64,000 nucleotides of DNA from Marsupella aquatica. Taxonomy: Eukaryota > Plantae > Marchantiophyta. Each line of letters starts with the position of its first letter. Within the stretch, counting starts at the first letter, position 1. Shown one piece after another: positions 1 through 13,199 of this stretch. The position numbers and the translations under genes were made by a program. Location: NCBI GenBank assembly GCA_973895155.1, contig OZ316895.1:24743538-24807537 (forward strand), read 5' to 3'. The notes beneath the pieces were generated by a model. It did not search any database. It was not told the DNA's origin and saw only the letters and a program-made list of their open reading frames with translations.

Positions 1-1345
1 GAGAGGACATGGGAATTACACTTGGCGTCCCAACACTCCTAACAATGGAGAAATCACACATAATTGATTCTAGGGACGTCCGTCTCCTGCACCTTCTCTA
101 TGTCCTAGATTGTCTATCGGACGCTCTCCACTTCAGTGACATAATATACAATTTTTTGAAGACTCCTGATATATTAGCATCTGTTGCACATTGATCAAGA
201 AATGTTGAAACTAAGTCAGAACTTCCATATAGAATGTTTCTTTACGTTGTTAGCAGTAGAGTACCCATTTTTACATCAATAGGTTGTGTTCCTTTGACAT
301 CGACGGTTTTATCTATATGGATTGTTGTAATCTCCTGTCCATGCATCTTCTAAAGTTATGCTGTCAATTCATCTTTACATCAATCTAGTAGGTTGCTTAC
401 CCACTGAATTCTCAATTCTACTGTTTTCCTTATAAGTCCCAATAAGTAAAAACTTTGGCATAATTTCTTGATTTCCGCTTGTTGCTATCCTGGTTGCTAT
501 ATATCTAAGGATCCATTGTTGCTTTCATTTAACTTAACTAGTATTGTATGCTGGTCCAGATGACTAACAGCTTACTATATTGCCTAATGGTTGACGCACA
601 TCACCCAAAAAAATGATCGAGCCTCACTCCACTTTATCCATCTCTTATACACCAGCCGAGCTTTTGAATGGCTACCCCTTCACAATATCTTTTCTGATTT
701 TTTCACCATGCTTCACAACAAAGACCTGACCCCTACATTAGACTCAGTCTGTTTTGGATGGAAATATTTGGAATCTATTGCTACATTATGCTATCATCCA
801 ACACAAGTTTTTTGTTACTTCAACATCGACACACTATTATCTACTGAAACCTTACATATGCGGATGCCACTCTAAAACGGTTCATAGAATTCCTTGATCC
901 ACTAACAAGATCCAAAACCCAGCTACCCGAGAACGCAGACTATAGCCATGTATGCACCACCGACCTTCGGATCATTCACGACAAATTCCTATGAACTGCT
1001 CTCTCATTTGGTCTCAATCACATTCTACTTCAACCCACCAAGTTTAACAAAGTTTTCCAGGGAATTCTTCGCGGATGGATACTATTATGCTCATTTCTCA
1101 ACTTAGAAGACTCCCTCACTGACAAAGGAACACGAGTACTCCTTGACATTTGCTACAACTACTGGATGGCAGGGGCTCAATGCAACACCGGTCGACATCG
1201 AGACCATAAAAATGGATACCTCTCCACCATAGCTATTTCAGAGCTATGATTCCTCCTTGATTGATTCTTCTTTTTTGGTCTCGACAAAGTTGCAAACAAT
1301 GTTTGCATCCTTTGTATCCATCACATTTGGGTACAAGCACTCCAC

Positions 1346-2560
1346 CTTTCAGGCCAAAAGATGAGTCCTTACGGAGATTTGGGCTTCGGATAGACATAAA
1401 CTTCATTAGTATTGAGGGTTCGGGCAAGGAGGAATGTGGAAACCCTACTTATTCTCATAAACTAGCGTTAAGCGCGCCCGACTATACATACACATATACC
1501 ACATGTATGCTTTGTGTTCCGCCATCAGAGCGTACCTTTAGTCAATAGCTCGATCAACCCGGCTTAAGGACTTCTAAGCCTTCATGCTGTCCGCCTCCGA
1601 TCCGGATTCATTGATGCGGCTCTCAACTTGGGCTCGCAACCAATGTCCGCTGCTGGCACCCCATGCACAAAAGTAAAGCTACATCATCAATTATCAGTGT
1701 TTTCCATCAGTCCACCTGATATTAGTCGCCACATCATCTCAAAGAGGCCGCCAAGTTGAGGCGGCCAAAAATTTGGTGTCCGTATCGTACGGATATCACA
1801 TCTCGGCGAGACCCGTCGAGATAGTCTGATGTCCGTATGATACGGACACCAAATTTTGTCAAATTTTTTTGGGGGATTTTTTTGGGGGGGGGGGGATTTT
1901 TCAAAAAAAAATTAATTAATTAATTATTTTATTTTTTTGTTCTTACGCCAATCTCGGCGAGGTCAGCTGAGATTGAGTCAATCTCAGCTGCCCCAACTAA
2001 GATGCGCAAAAATGCGAAGGCCCTATCTTAGCTGCTCAGCTAAGATTCAAAAATTTCAAGGCGGCAAAACTGATAACTGATATCAGTTATCGGCCACTGA
2101 TAACTGATGATCCTCGCTGCCCCCATGCAGCACGCATAATGCGTTCGACCAAGCGTCTTTGCACAGATACGGGACTAACGACTGCAACAAACCTCACAAC
2201 ACCCAATCCTGATTAACACAAAGGAAATGATGGGAAAAAGGCTTTACTTCAAAATCCTATATCCACATACACACGGTTCACTCAACTTCTTCCAGATTAA
2301 GAGGCCTAATGGCCATGAGATGTACACTACAATGAAGCCCGGCTCCGCTCTTGTCCAGCGAGATTACTCGTACACACACCCCTTGGTGCCCTATAGTCCT
2401 GAAGGTCGAGACTCCCCGCACATCCTACAACTACCCGGTTCTGAACCTAAAGCCCCCTCTGCCTCTACCGAGGGGTACACTAAATACTCACTAAGGGCCA
2501 TGGCCAAGGACAACCATGACACTAACTCTATCCTATCCTAAATTTTTATAATTGTCAGAC
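1346..2560. mobile_element. Degenerate LTR-like repeat, family A (interrupted by a MITE)
   Basis: 1405-1670 aligns by eye with the reverse complement of ~59330-59590 and with ~37840-37960 (shared TTAGTATT..GGGTT, AAACTAGCG(C/T)TAAG, TTTGTGTT). Homology to the 59 kb copy resumes after 2111. The right boundary is approximate. Confidence 0.55.
1683..2111. mobile_element. MITE-like element with 17-bp terminal inverted repeats and an internal long hairpin
   Basis: ATCATCAATTATCAGTG at 1683 vs CACTGATAACTGATGAT ending 2111 (1 mismatch); internal inverted repeat 1768-1857; non-coding; interrupts family A homology. Confidence 0.6.
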
Positions 2561-4664
2561 CAAAAAATGGCGCGTCCTATCCTAAGAGTCTATTCTAAGT
2601 GGGGCTAGCCAGACAAGACAATGTCGCTAACTAGTTTTGGCATTTGTCTCCAGCGTCCGTCCTTCCTCTATAATCCTGTCTCTACTCTAAACCTACCTCG
2701 CCGCTAACGTCTGGCACGTTGGAATGGCCGCCCCGTTGTCTCCTCAGACGGTCTACATCTTGCTTGAGTAGCTGGACTTGATCCAAGAGAGACTTGTTCT
2801 CTTGCTTCATTCTCGGGGGGATCACTTCCACAGAAGTGGCACATCACGTGCGACGAAGTATAGGCCCATTTAAATGGGTGTGGCAGAAGACTTCCAAAGT
2901 TTGGTGGAAGAACACATAGGGCATGTTTTATTGACTGGTCAACTTTAAAGAACACATAGGCCTATTTAATTGCAAAAAATACTTTCTTTCAAGTTTTTAG
3001 GGAGTTTTTAATAAAATATGACAAAATTTAAAGAAGGAAAGAAAAGGCTTTGCAAAAAAATATTTTTCACTTATAAAGTAGGGGGTCAAACCCTAAAACG
3101 TCGCACGCGATGTATGGCCCTCCATATAGTGACCCCCCCTCCAAGGCTTCATTGCGTCTGTCTCCTCCATAGCATTGTGGCATGCCTCTTCCAACTGTTG
3201 GGCGTTGCTCGTCAATTGTGCCACCAATTGGTCTTGTTTTGTGGCTTCTTGTAGAAGTTGTGCCACTTCTGCCTTTAGGGTGTCAACCTCCACTGCATCA
3301 CTTTGGGCCTGAGCATCGGCCTCCTCCCTATCTTCTTGCCAGATGACAGCTTGTCCCTTCAAGTTGTCAATCTGTGTCCGAAGCCATGTGAGCTCAGCAT
3401 CCTTTCTGACTCCAACTTGTGCGACCAAGGCTATCTTAGCTTTGGCTTTGGTGATCTGGGCCAAGGCGATCGTAAGTTGGGGCCGTAAAAGTTGCAGCTT
3501 GGCTTCTCGGGCTGAGGCTTCATTTAACAGTTGGGTTGCCTCACCTTGATACTACTCTATCCTAGTGGCCTTGTGGCTTTGGACTGTGCATGCCCCGCCC
3601 ATACTGCCACAACCAGTTCTTGGCTGAAGAAGTACGTCACCTTTCGATCCATAAACACCCCCATGTCTCAACCAACTTCTACAAAGAAGTCGCCAAGCAA
3701 CCAATTCAAATATGTACCCGGAGAAAATAATTTCAGGTTCATTAGGTCGTGCCCGCTGGCTCTTGGGCACTAGCCTTCCTCTATCCGGTTGGGGGTGGGG
3801 CGGACAAATCCAGTTATGGGGTGATGAGAACAGGGACAACTGGATCTGTTGAGGAGGAGGGCTCTATTAGTGTTGGCACAAGGGATGTAGATGCTTCCTC
3901 CTTGACTAGGGATTTTGGCTTGGGGTCAGCTTCTACTGGGTCGGTCGCAATGGTTGCCTGAGCTTGGTTCTATGTGTCCAAGATCGCAATGACTGCCGCA
4001 TTTGGCAAGGAGGACAAAGTCCCCTCAGTTGGCTTCAGGGTCAAAGCAGGGATGGGGGCCACGGGTGCTGGGCTTTGGTCCTTGGGTTGCGCTTGTCTCT
4101 CCTGAGTTGGGAAGACCCACCTGTTCCGGGTGAGTTTAGGCTCGTTGCACCGAGGAAGAGTTTGGCGGTCAAAATGGGCGTACCACTGATGATTTTTATG
4201 TGGCTGGCTAGGTACGCCTTTCCCGACGCCTTTCCCCTGAGGAAAAACTTCATCACTCCATCTCCTCGTGAAACTTCTTGACAAAGAATGGAGCCCACTT
4301 CCAGGCCAGTAATTCTCGACCTGAATCACCTGGGCGGCGCATATCTCTCCCATGTCTCCATCATGTGGAGCGCATACCACTAAAACTCAGGTTGCTCCGC
4401 CACCTCCAGGTTGATGCAAGTCCACATTAGGAAACCATTGTCCATGGACCCCTCGGGCGGGAAGCTAGAGGAATGGTATTGGCTCCCTTGCCCCCTAGCG
4501 CTCGCAACTCTACCCAATCCTTTCCTTTGGGTAAGCCAAAGATGAGCTTCAACCGTGCCTCGTTCAAGGACATCACTCGTCCGTGCGCATGGGTCAATTG
4601 GCGGGCTTCATCAAAGTTCTGGATAAACTTTGTCATATCCTCACTACCTGTAGTACCTGCAAGT

Positions 4665-7035
4665 CACTAGTAGAAATCGGGGGTAAATAGACCCCATAAA
4701 ACAACTATTCAGTACCGTATAGGACTTGGAAACGACTGGGAAGGACTCCAGTCCTTTATAGGACTATAAGTCGTATGTTTTGTTACTATAATCAACTGAG
4801 TCCTTTATAGAACTGGTTTATAAGTCGTTTTATAGACTGGATTGTCAGTCTATTGTAGTCTTTGTGTGGGTAGGTTTGGTGAGTCTTTTTCAGTCTTTTA
4901 TGGACTGCGATGGTGAGTCGTTGGGAACGACTCAAAAGGTTATGGAGGGTAGTCTTTAAGTATACTTTGTGAGTTTATAAAATGACTAAAGTAGGCACTT
5001 TGTGGGGTATGTACAAGTCTTTCATGTCAACTGGAAATGAGTGATGAAGACCCCACTATACTACTTGGAATGAACTCACTCTTGTGCACAAATAATACAT
5101 TCCATTCATGTTTTATTGTGTACTTGGAATGAACTCACTCTATAAGGTCACCATTCACCATGTTAACATTAGAACCTCACACAAATTTTCAGAAAGCCAT
5201 CTTCTATACCATGTACACTAATATGAATTCACAGATTCAAACATCATAAACTACAAAGAAGGTCACAAAGCATTCGTCTATACCATACACACTAATACTG
5301 AAATGATACAAAACAGATTCAAGTATCATAGACAATCACCATAGAGCCATAGTTTGACATCAATCACTTGTTTCATATATACAGAATTCAGAAATATCAA
5401 TGTCACACACAACGGCTCCTTCATCCTCTTTACCAAATGGAAAAATTGGTACAGATATTTCTTGGATCTTTCCAAGGCAATGTCAAAATGTAACATATGT
5501 CACATGATTCTATCTACACTTGCATTCAGTCACTGCAGACTAACACACTCTGATGGCCAGAGCACAAGAGATCCTACTGCATCTGCAATTATTTCCTGAG
5601 GTGGATCATCGTCTCTATTCGGAAATGGCAAATTACAATCAGATACAATCACTGTAGTCAACAACACTACTACATGGTCATCCGGGACCACTTTGCCATG
5701 GAATTTAGCATGATCCGGTCGCAAAATGCCTGTACCCACACATACCTGCGAGTCATCCTCCCATGATAGAAGATTATAGACTGGCTCTGCTGTGGCTATC
5801 ACCTCCACCTTACCCTGGCTGCTTTTCTTGGCTTTCCTGGGTGGCTTATACATGACATTATTCATACCTTGGTTGCGAGTCATGACTTTGGCACGAGTGT
5901 TTTGTGCTGGTGATCGAGAATTGGCTACACTCTTCTTCAAAGAATCTGCATCCATATTTGACACTTCCAATTGTATAGCAGGACTTCCCTGCGACATCAT
6001 CTCAGTATCTGCCAACATTGTACTTGCTTCAATTGAAGCATCTACAATCTTACTTGCATCCAATGTTGCTCCCATGGTCCAACCTCCATGAACCCCACTT
6101 CATTAAACCCAAAACCTTTTTGGTCACAAATAAGGACATTTAATGAGTTATGCCCCTTGCTGTCACCCTCTTTATAGATTTATTTTTTTGTTTGAAATTT
6201 TACATTTATTCCGCGTGAACCCCACGGATGGGGGAACCAGCAGGCCAAATGGCATCATAAAACCTCAACACCCAAAGGAGGCAATAACAAAGAGTTACTC
6301 AACCAGGGTCATCAGATCAGGCAAAGATTGCGAAGCCGTTCTTCTAGTGGTCCATGCAACAAGTAACAACTAGGGAATAAGCACTAGAAGGCGCAGTAGG
6401 TCAGCATAGTGTAAGTGTAAAGTGTCAAAGCATTGTCTAGTACTAAATTAATCCACCTGATTAGTAAGAAGGGGGTGTATACTGTAATGGGAAAAAGAAA
6501 AAAAAACCAAGGCATGAGCAAGGGCCACCAAGAGTGGTGCAGCTATAAGCTATAGGGATTGAACACAATGCGGGGGGGCAGTGGCACTATGTATGAGGAA
6601 ATCACGGGAGTATCGGTGTCAAATGAGTCGACAAAACTCCCAGATAGCCACACAGTATAAATCAATCTCACAGAAGGCTGCCATCAATGGAGGAAACAAT
6701 TTGACACGACCCACATCTGAGAGTGTGAATTCGCTCGATCTCCAGCAGTTCTTTGGCACTCGATAGACGTCGGTGCTTTCGGCTCAAAGATGAAGGAGAA
6801 TTACCCCTCCTCAACATAGAGTGAACATTACCCATGATGTGCTAGACTATTCACCCTTCACAAAGTAGCAAGGTTACTTCTCATAGTCTTTTAGTGAACC
6901 ATAAAACTCTCATAGTCTTTTCTAGTCTTCAACAAAACCGGTGCAATGGGTGCGAGTCGTTTTAAGTATGGAAAAAGGACTTAGTGGGCATAGTCCTATA
7001 AGGTATGGTCTAAATTGCCCCGGTTTCTACTAGTG
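4665..7035 (-). mobile_element. Non-autonomous CACTA (En/Spm) DNA transposon, 2371 bp
   Basis: Starts CACTAGTAGAAATCGGGG at 4665 and ends CCCCGGTTTCTACTAGTG at 7035; 3-bp TSD AGT at 4662-4664 and 7036-7038; GACT/AGTC-rich subterminal repeats at both ends. Confidence 0.93.
5530..6075 (-). pseudogene. C-terminal fragment of a CACTA TnpA/TNP1-like accessory protein
   Basis: VGTGIL..FHGKVVPDDHVVV..LPFP..IADAVGSLVLWP resembles the C-terminal domain of En/Spm TnpA-type ORFs; lies inside the CACTA element; no DDE transposase seen. Confidence 0.65.
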
Positions 7036-10000
7036 AGTGTTCCAAGGGAGAGTGGAGAGGTGCTCCAACCCTTGGGTCTTCAGGTAGCATGCATGTTACG
7101 GGTGGAGAATGTTTTTGTGGACATTCTCCCCCATCCGATGCATGGTCAATTTGGCCACCGCAACGGTGGCCACGGGTAAGCCAGATACTTTGGCCAGCTC
7201 CTTCTGCTTCTTACCCCAATAATGGTTCTTTGGGTGACTTGTTGAGGGGGACAACTCCCCGTCTTCCTTCTCTGGTGGAGGTGGTATTGCTACCACTGTT
7301 AGTACTAGTGCCAGGGCCGCAACTGTGATTGTGTTATCTATCGGGGCTGCCTCCCGGGTTCGGGCTTGCTGGGACGGTGCGGGTTACAACTAATTTGGAA
7401 TTTGTTTCTATCCTAGTTTCTCCTTTTTCTCAAACTTTCAATCCTTCCTAAATCTGGGAGGAAAAATTGAGTAAAATTGTGTCCTATCATCCCTTTACGA
7501 TCCTTATAAGGAAAAATCATGTGCAATCTATGGCAAATGATGAAATTCAATTTCTTTCACTATCATATTGAACCAGGATCCAGTACATTGAAAGAGAAAA
7601 ATTGCCTATGGATGGAGGGCTGCCCTCATTCATGCTCGGCCTGTAGTGTTCTTATCCTATCGGCCTATCTAAATTGCTTAAAGAGACATGCTGATAACAT
7701 GTTAGAATGAGGACATCATAGCCAGAACATGCTCCAACCTCCAACATCTCTAATAGGATAAATGTTTGGTACACATGGGGAGTTATAGGGAGGTAGTTAT
7801 GTAACTACTCCTTAACCCCTTTACTAGGGTTATCGGGTTAGGTTTAACTCATAACAATTTTTATTTATTTTTATCAATGATGAGAAACAAATGAATGCTA
7901 AGACACAATTAGTTGGTTTCCACGTATGTCACCCCATGTTGCATTTGAGTTGCAACTTTGTTGGTTGCACATGTGTTGTGAGTTTGGGAGGATGACCTGG
8001 TATAGCAGGTCACCTGGTAGGAGTGACCTCTTCACCTATGTTACCATGCCTTTGTGCCATGGGGGTATACCTTGGAGAATGAGGGATTAGCCCCTCATTC
8101 TTCCAAGTTGAGCCTCCCGACACTAGTAGAGCTCATGTGAGTGTGGCTATGGTGAGAGAGAGAGTGTGTATGTCGGTTGGCATGTAGAGCGACACTAGCA
8201 GGTGTGACACGGGCAGCGTGTCACTAGATATGACACAAATAATAGATTAGGATGTATACGGTCATTAGGACCGTAGCCATATAGTTAGGATGGTATAAAA
8301 AGCGGTCTGTGCAATTATGATTAGACTAGGAATAGGTTAGTTAACTTAATGATTAGTAGTTACATTGCGCATAATAAGGATCGTAGTGGTGGACCTCGCC
8401 ACCCAGCGCCCTCACCAATCCCAACACTTGCGTCTAAGTGCCCTTGGTGCCTGAACGCCTCCACAAAATACCTCGAGCAAGCATCCAAGTGCCTCTAGCA
8501 CCACCTGTGGCCACTCCCATACGAAGCCACACCTGCTCACCTACACGACCGCTACTCAACGGTCCTCATTGTCTGCACAAACAACCAAGCGCCTCGGTAA
8601 GTAACCCCTCCGGATCTAGAACTCGTCCAGTCTAGCATCCTAACTCAAGCTCAACAGACGTTGGTACATAGGTCAGCGATAGGTCCTCCCGATGCCATAA
8701 GCCGGAACCAGAACCCACGCCCACTGTCCGTCCAGGACAACTCCTTCCTTGGGCGCGGCCTGGGTTCCCCCTCGTACCTATCCATCACCAACTGACCGCC
8801 CTGACCTCAGGACATGCTCATGGCCCAAGTAGCATAGCTTGTCCTAAAGCTTGTCCCAAGCTTGTCTCAACACGCCGGGACCAGAATAGCCCCGACTCTA
8901 ACAACCGCTCCCGATTCGCCCCACTAATGGTCTAGGGACCGAGCACCCTTGGGACTTAGCCTCCATACCTACTTGGCCTTGCCTCCCCAACGCAAGCTCC
9001 CTTGGGAGGCTGAATGCGGCTTGGCTGCTGTTCGGTAGGATTTGGCAAACGGGTGAGCTAACACCCGCAAACCACAAGAACCCATGGCACCCCTAGACCC
9101 AGGTGAGCTCAGGAGGGCATAGCCCTCCTCAAGAGCTTTCCAACCTAAGAATTCCTCCAACAGACTTCTCATTGGGAAGATATCACCATTTCCGTTTGGC
9201 GGTTTCCCTTAGAGTCACGACCGCCCCAGCTCACGACTTCGGCTCGCCCTTAGCCCCCAGGGAGACACCACTCCCCTCATATATGTTTTTGGAGACCTGC
9301 CACCCCTGGACCAGCTTTGGTCCCTAAACATTTGGCCCCCAACCCGGATCCCATCGCGCATCATGGGCGCGCCACCAACTGGCAATGCCCATAACTTTCT
9401 TGATAGGCATCCGCAAGCGGAGTGCCTTAGCCCGTTGTGACCGGGCCGACTCAGTGCTCATGCCTAGGCCCTCAGGTCTAATCGCCGCTTGGGGCCCCCG
9501 ACCGGCTCAACCCGGATCGGGCCACAACTTGCGCCCCAAGCGTCCGTTGCCAATGGCGTCAACTCCATTGGCCTTGGGCCCAAGAGGAGCTCACTCCCAA
9601 GCCCTCAGAACTCAAAGCCCATCCGACGGTCCGGACGGCCATCCTTGAGCCCGACCCATTTCCCCTTGACCCGACCAGCCATAGGCTAGTCCAAGTCCTT
9701 AGTTTGTGTCCCCAGCTTGACCACTTGCCTCGCCAGTGCCATGTCTCATTGCCCACAAGTCTCCCCATGCTAAGTCCTCCCCGGATGGCCTATCCGGGCC
9801 TGGACCATAAGGGAGCTCGGCGTCGGAGTCAGCGATGTCGGAGCTCGGCGTCGGAGTCAGCGATGTCGGAGCTAAGTGTTAAGGTAGTCGAGTTCTACAA
9901 CTATCGTCCACGGTATGATGGTGGCGGTGGAGTAAGAATTTGTTATGACGGATCACGCTTGGACCGAGACATGCGACCAAAATCAATTAATGACGGCGAA

Positions 10001-10267
10001 CGGCCCTTGATGCTCTCACGTCCGAGCTTGCCCAAGAGCCTCCATAAGAGCTCGGTCGATGGCACGATAGCCCATTTTCCCTTCTTCCTCCTAAGGATTT
10101 GCGAACGTCGTCAGTCACTCTAATGGGTAGCCTTGCTTGATTCCACTTTCATCGAAGAACGTCGCAAGATTTAGTCAGGGGGGAAGTATTCACAGGCAAT
10201 CGGAGACCTTTGATTCTACGAACAAGAAAGTCGGGGAAGCGGACTTGGGTGAATTGCAAAGGTTAGT

Positions 10268-12596
10268 ATGACCCTTACAGCTCTTGGATTTTGGACCTTG
10301 TTTAGCACGGTAGGCGCTAAGCTCTCTGAGACTTATTGGTACTCTTGCCCCGAGAAAGCCTCCTACAAACAAAGATACGCAAAATTGGTGGCCAAGGTAG
10401 CGCAAATTAACTACGAGAAGGCAGCGCTTACCAAGGATTCCAACTACAACAAGCTACGGGACTACATTACCGAGCTATACATCAACAAGGAGGGATTCAG
10501 ATTGGTGGCAGAGACAATTCTCGTGGTCCCAATGAAGTTCTTTAGGCTGAAAGGCGGACAAAAGCTGACTCAAATAGAGTTTGACAAGATCCCAAGTTAC
10601 ATCAATCAATAGATTGCGGCCGAGAGGCAAGAAGAAGACATCAGCAGATAACGGGAAGCGACATGTAATCTCATGTTTCTCGGTGAGAACTCCAACGCCT
10701 TCAACTGGGATATAGCTACCTTGACGGTGCCCCTAGTCACTCGGCCTATTACCCCGACTACCAGCGTGCCCCCAAACCAAGCCCAAGTCTGTCCGGTGAA
10801 TAACACCAAGTGTTCATCAAGTCCGATGGATGCGTTTGTCCGCAGCTAGAGCAACGCTCCCGCAAGCGGGCTAGGACAATGTCGGGTCCAAAGCTGACTA
10901 CGCGGACTAACCCTGACCCCTTACCAGCTCCAGCCCCGACTACCCAACCAGCCAACACCCAGTCCCGACGGACCTCGACCACCGGCAGCCAAACCTGCTG
11001 CAGGTAATCCACATCCCGGAGGTAGTCTTGTCTGTGATCAAGAAACCCGATCACGCAGACTATCTCAAGGACCATCAGTTGGAGCAATTTGCTCATTTAC
11101 CATGGAGGCCTACCACCTCTGGAGCACGGGAGATCTACAAGTTCATCTCCAATTTTGACATTGACACGCTTGCCACCAAGGTATTAGGGCAGACCTTATC
11201 ACTTACGAAGTATCAATTGGCCCAAATCTTTTGTCTGCCAACTGGACCCATGTTAGTTGAACTTCAGATCCAGGATAAGGAGTATACGCCCCAGCATTTC
11301 AAACCCAAGGGCAAGACGGACAACGGTTATAAGCAGGGGTCGTGTACCAACCTAATTTGTATGGAGCGGCTAAAATTCATATGAACTACCTTACACATGA
11401 TCAAACCGCGGTCCGAGATCTCCCTCTGTATGATTGTGCAAGTAGAACAATGCAAGCGGCGGAACTGGGCCCAATTCTTCAGCCGCCGGTTCTTGGAGGA
11501 GCTTAGGCGAGTTCAAACAAGAATGCCCATCGGGGGAAAGATCTACCTGGGGAGTCACATCGTCATCATCCTAGGTTGGTACAAGGCACGGCGGGAGGCC
11601 AGAGGGAAGAACATGGCCACCTCGGCCCTAACCAATGTCGCCCCCACTCCTGGAGGTACTGCACCAAGCAAACCAACTTCCACATCTCGGGCAAACCCTG
11701 AACCCTCAGTACCACGGACTACTCCCCCGCCCTCCCCTATGTTTGGCACCATTACAAACAATGGACCACCCCCGCCATCCCCCATCGCCAAACCCCCGCT
11801 ACCCCCGACGCAATCACCCCCGATCCCGCCACCACCTGAAGAACCCATCGCCTCCCCATTGCGGACTACGGAGGAAGTCGTCGCCCCGACCGTGGATGCA
11901 CCCTTGCCCAAGAGTATGGAAGACTACCGAGTAGTCCCTGGGACCTTAGCCCATGACCTGGTCCAGAAATTCAGCCAGAACCTATCGGGGGAACTAGCGA
12001 TGTATATCGGGCAGCAGGTCGCACAATACTTCCAACCGGCCTTCTTCTTTGTAAGCCGCTTGGAGGATGAACTCATGGCAAAGGGAAACGAGATCGGACG
12101 TCTCCAGATGGTAGTGGAGCACTAGAAGAGGCAGCCGCCGCGCATTGTGAGGAGTTGGGTCTGCACCATCGAACAAAGGGAAGGACTAAACCAAGAGTTG
12201 CTCAAGGCTTAGGCTGACCTTAAGGAACTGGAGGACATTGTGCTTTAGCTTCGATCGGAGTCCTCGGCTTGGGTTAAAAGCCTGATTGACCTCAACACCC
12301 AATTCCTTCAGGCGGCCCAACAAGTGACTAATGTCTCCGCCAAGCAAGATAAATTGCTGACACCAAACCAGAACCACCGTGACACCATCAGCCAGCTCAT
12401 TCAGGTTGTGGCACGGCTCCAGGCTGAGGCCAACAAAGCCGCAAACAAAGCGGAGGAGGCGGTACGGGATAACAAGGCCTTGTTGGAGCAGATTACGCTG
12501 CTCATAATCCAGCGAGATGGGGCGGGAACCACCTCTGATCAAGGCGGTTTGAGGCCTTGTTTTGACAAAGGGACAAACCCTGGACCAATGGCGTAA
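10268..12596 (+). pseudogene. Disrupted retroelement accessory ORF (Athila ORF1/Transposase_32-like, Pro-rich, coiled coil)
   Basis: Consecutive broken ORFs 10268-10612, 11028-11384 (YLKDHQLEQFAHLPW..YKFISNFD..LAQIFCLPTG), 11397-12125 (NWAQFF..GKIYLGSHI, PPPP linker) and 12324-12596 (coiled coil); homologous to 3093-7330. Confidence 0.55.
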
Positions 12597-13199
12597 CACG
12601 TGCAAAGGGTGGTTAGCGCAGGGGGCGGTCAGGGGCCGCACGATACAGAGGATAACAATGGCATCTTTTTGGGTTAACCTTAGCGACAGAATAGTTGTCA
12701 TTAAGCGCCGACTAGCAGCACAATAGGCAGGATTAGGACAAAGTTAGTTAGGATCATCCAGCGTAGGATAGAGTCCATCAAAGGACTAAAAGCGACGGAC
12801 AATAGGCTTAGACATTGGCGCCGTGGTCAGCGACCCTTGCCACTGACGGTCAACCGATCAGTGGGAAGGCGGTCAACGTGGTCAGGAGGTAGTTAGGGAT
12901 GGCCGTGTGTCCTTCTCCCCCTGTTCTCCCCCGGGCTTCCTGGGCTTCCCCAAGATCAAGAAATCTCCTTCTGGGTTGGCTCGGATGATTTTGATACAGT
13001 CTTTGCCCTATTCTATTGTGTCCCCTCCCGGGAACCCCCCCCTCCTTTTTCAGAAAAAAAATAAAATTCTCGGGATCTCGGCTCTTGCCTTATTGGTGGC
13101 CCTTCTTGCTTTTCCGACTATTGATATATGGTCTCAGCTTTCAAAATTCTAATATAACATATAGATAGAGTAGCATAGATATGTTGATTGTCCACCAGG

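Larger units (their letters stand above)
3093..7330 (-). pseudogene. Disrupted retroelement accessory ORF (Athila ORF1/Transposase_32-like domain, Pro-rich linker, coiled coil), split by a CACTA insertion
   Basis: Minus-strand pieces YLKTQGLEHLSTLPW / TKFIQNFD..MSLNEARLKLIFGLPKG / GEICAAQVIQVENYW / GKAYLASHIKIISG / coiled coil 3093-3464 match, in order, the plus-strand ORFs at 11028-12596. Frameshifts and stops are present. The family assignment is from motif resemblance only. Confidence 0.55.

Noticed and set aside
1-1250. Short ORFs, possibly decayed TE coding sequence
   Set aside because: Heavily interrupted with no diagnostic motif.
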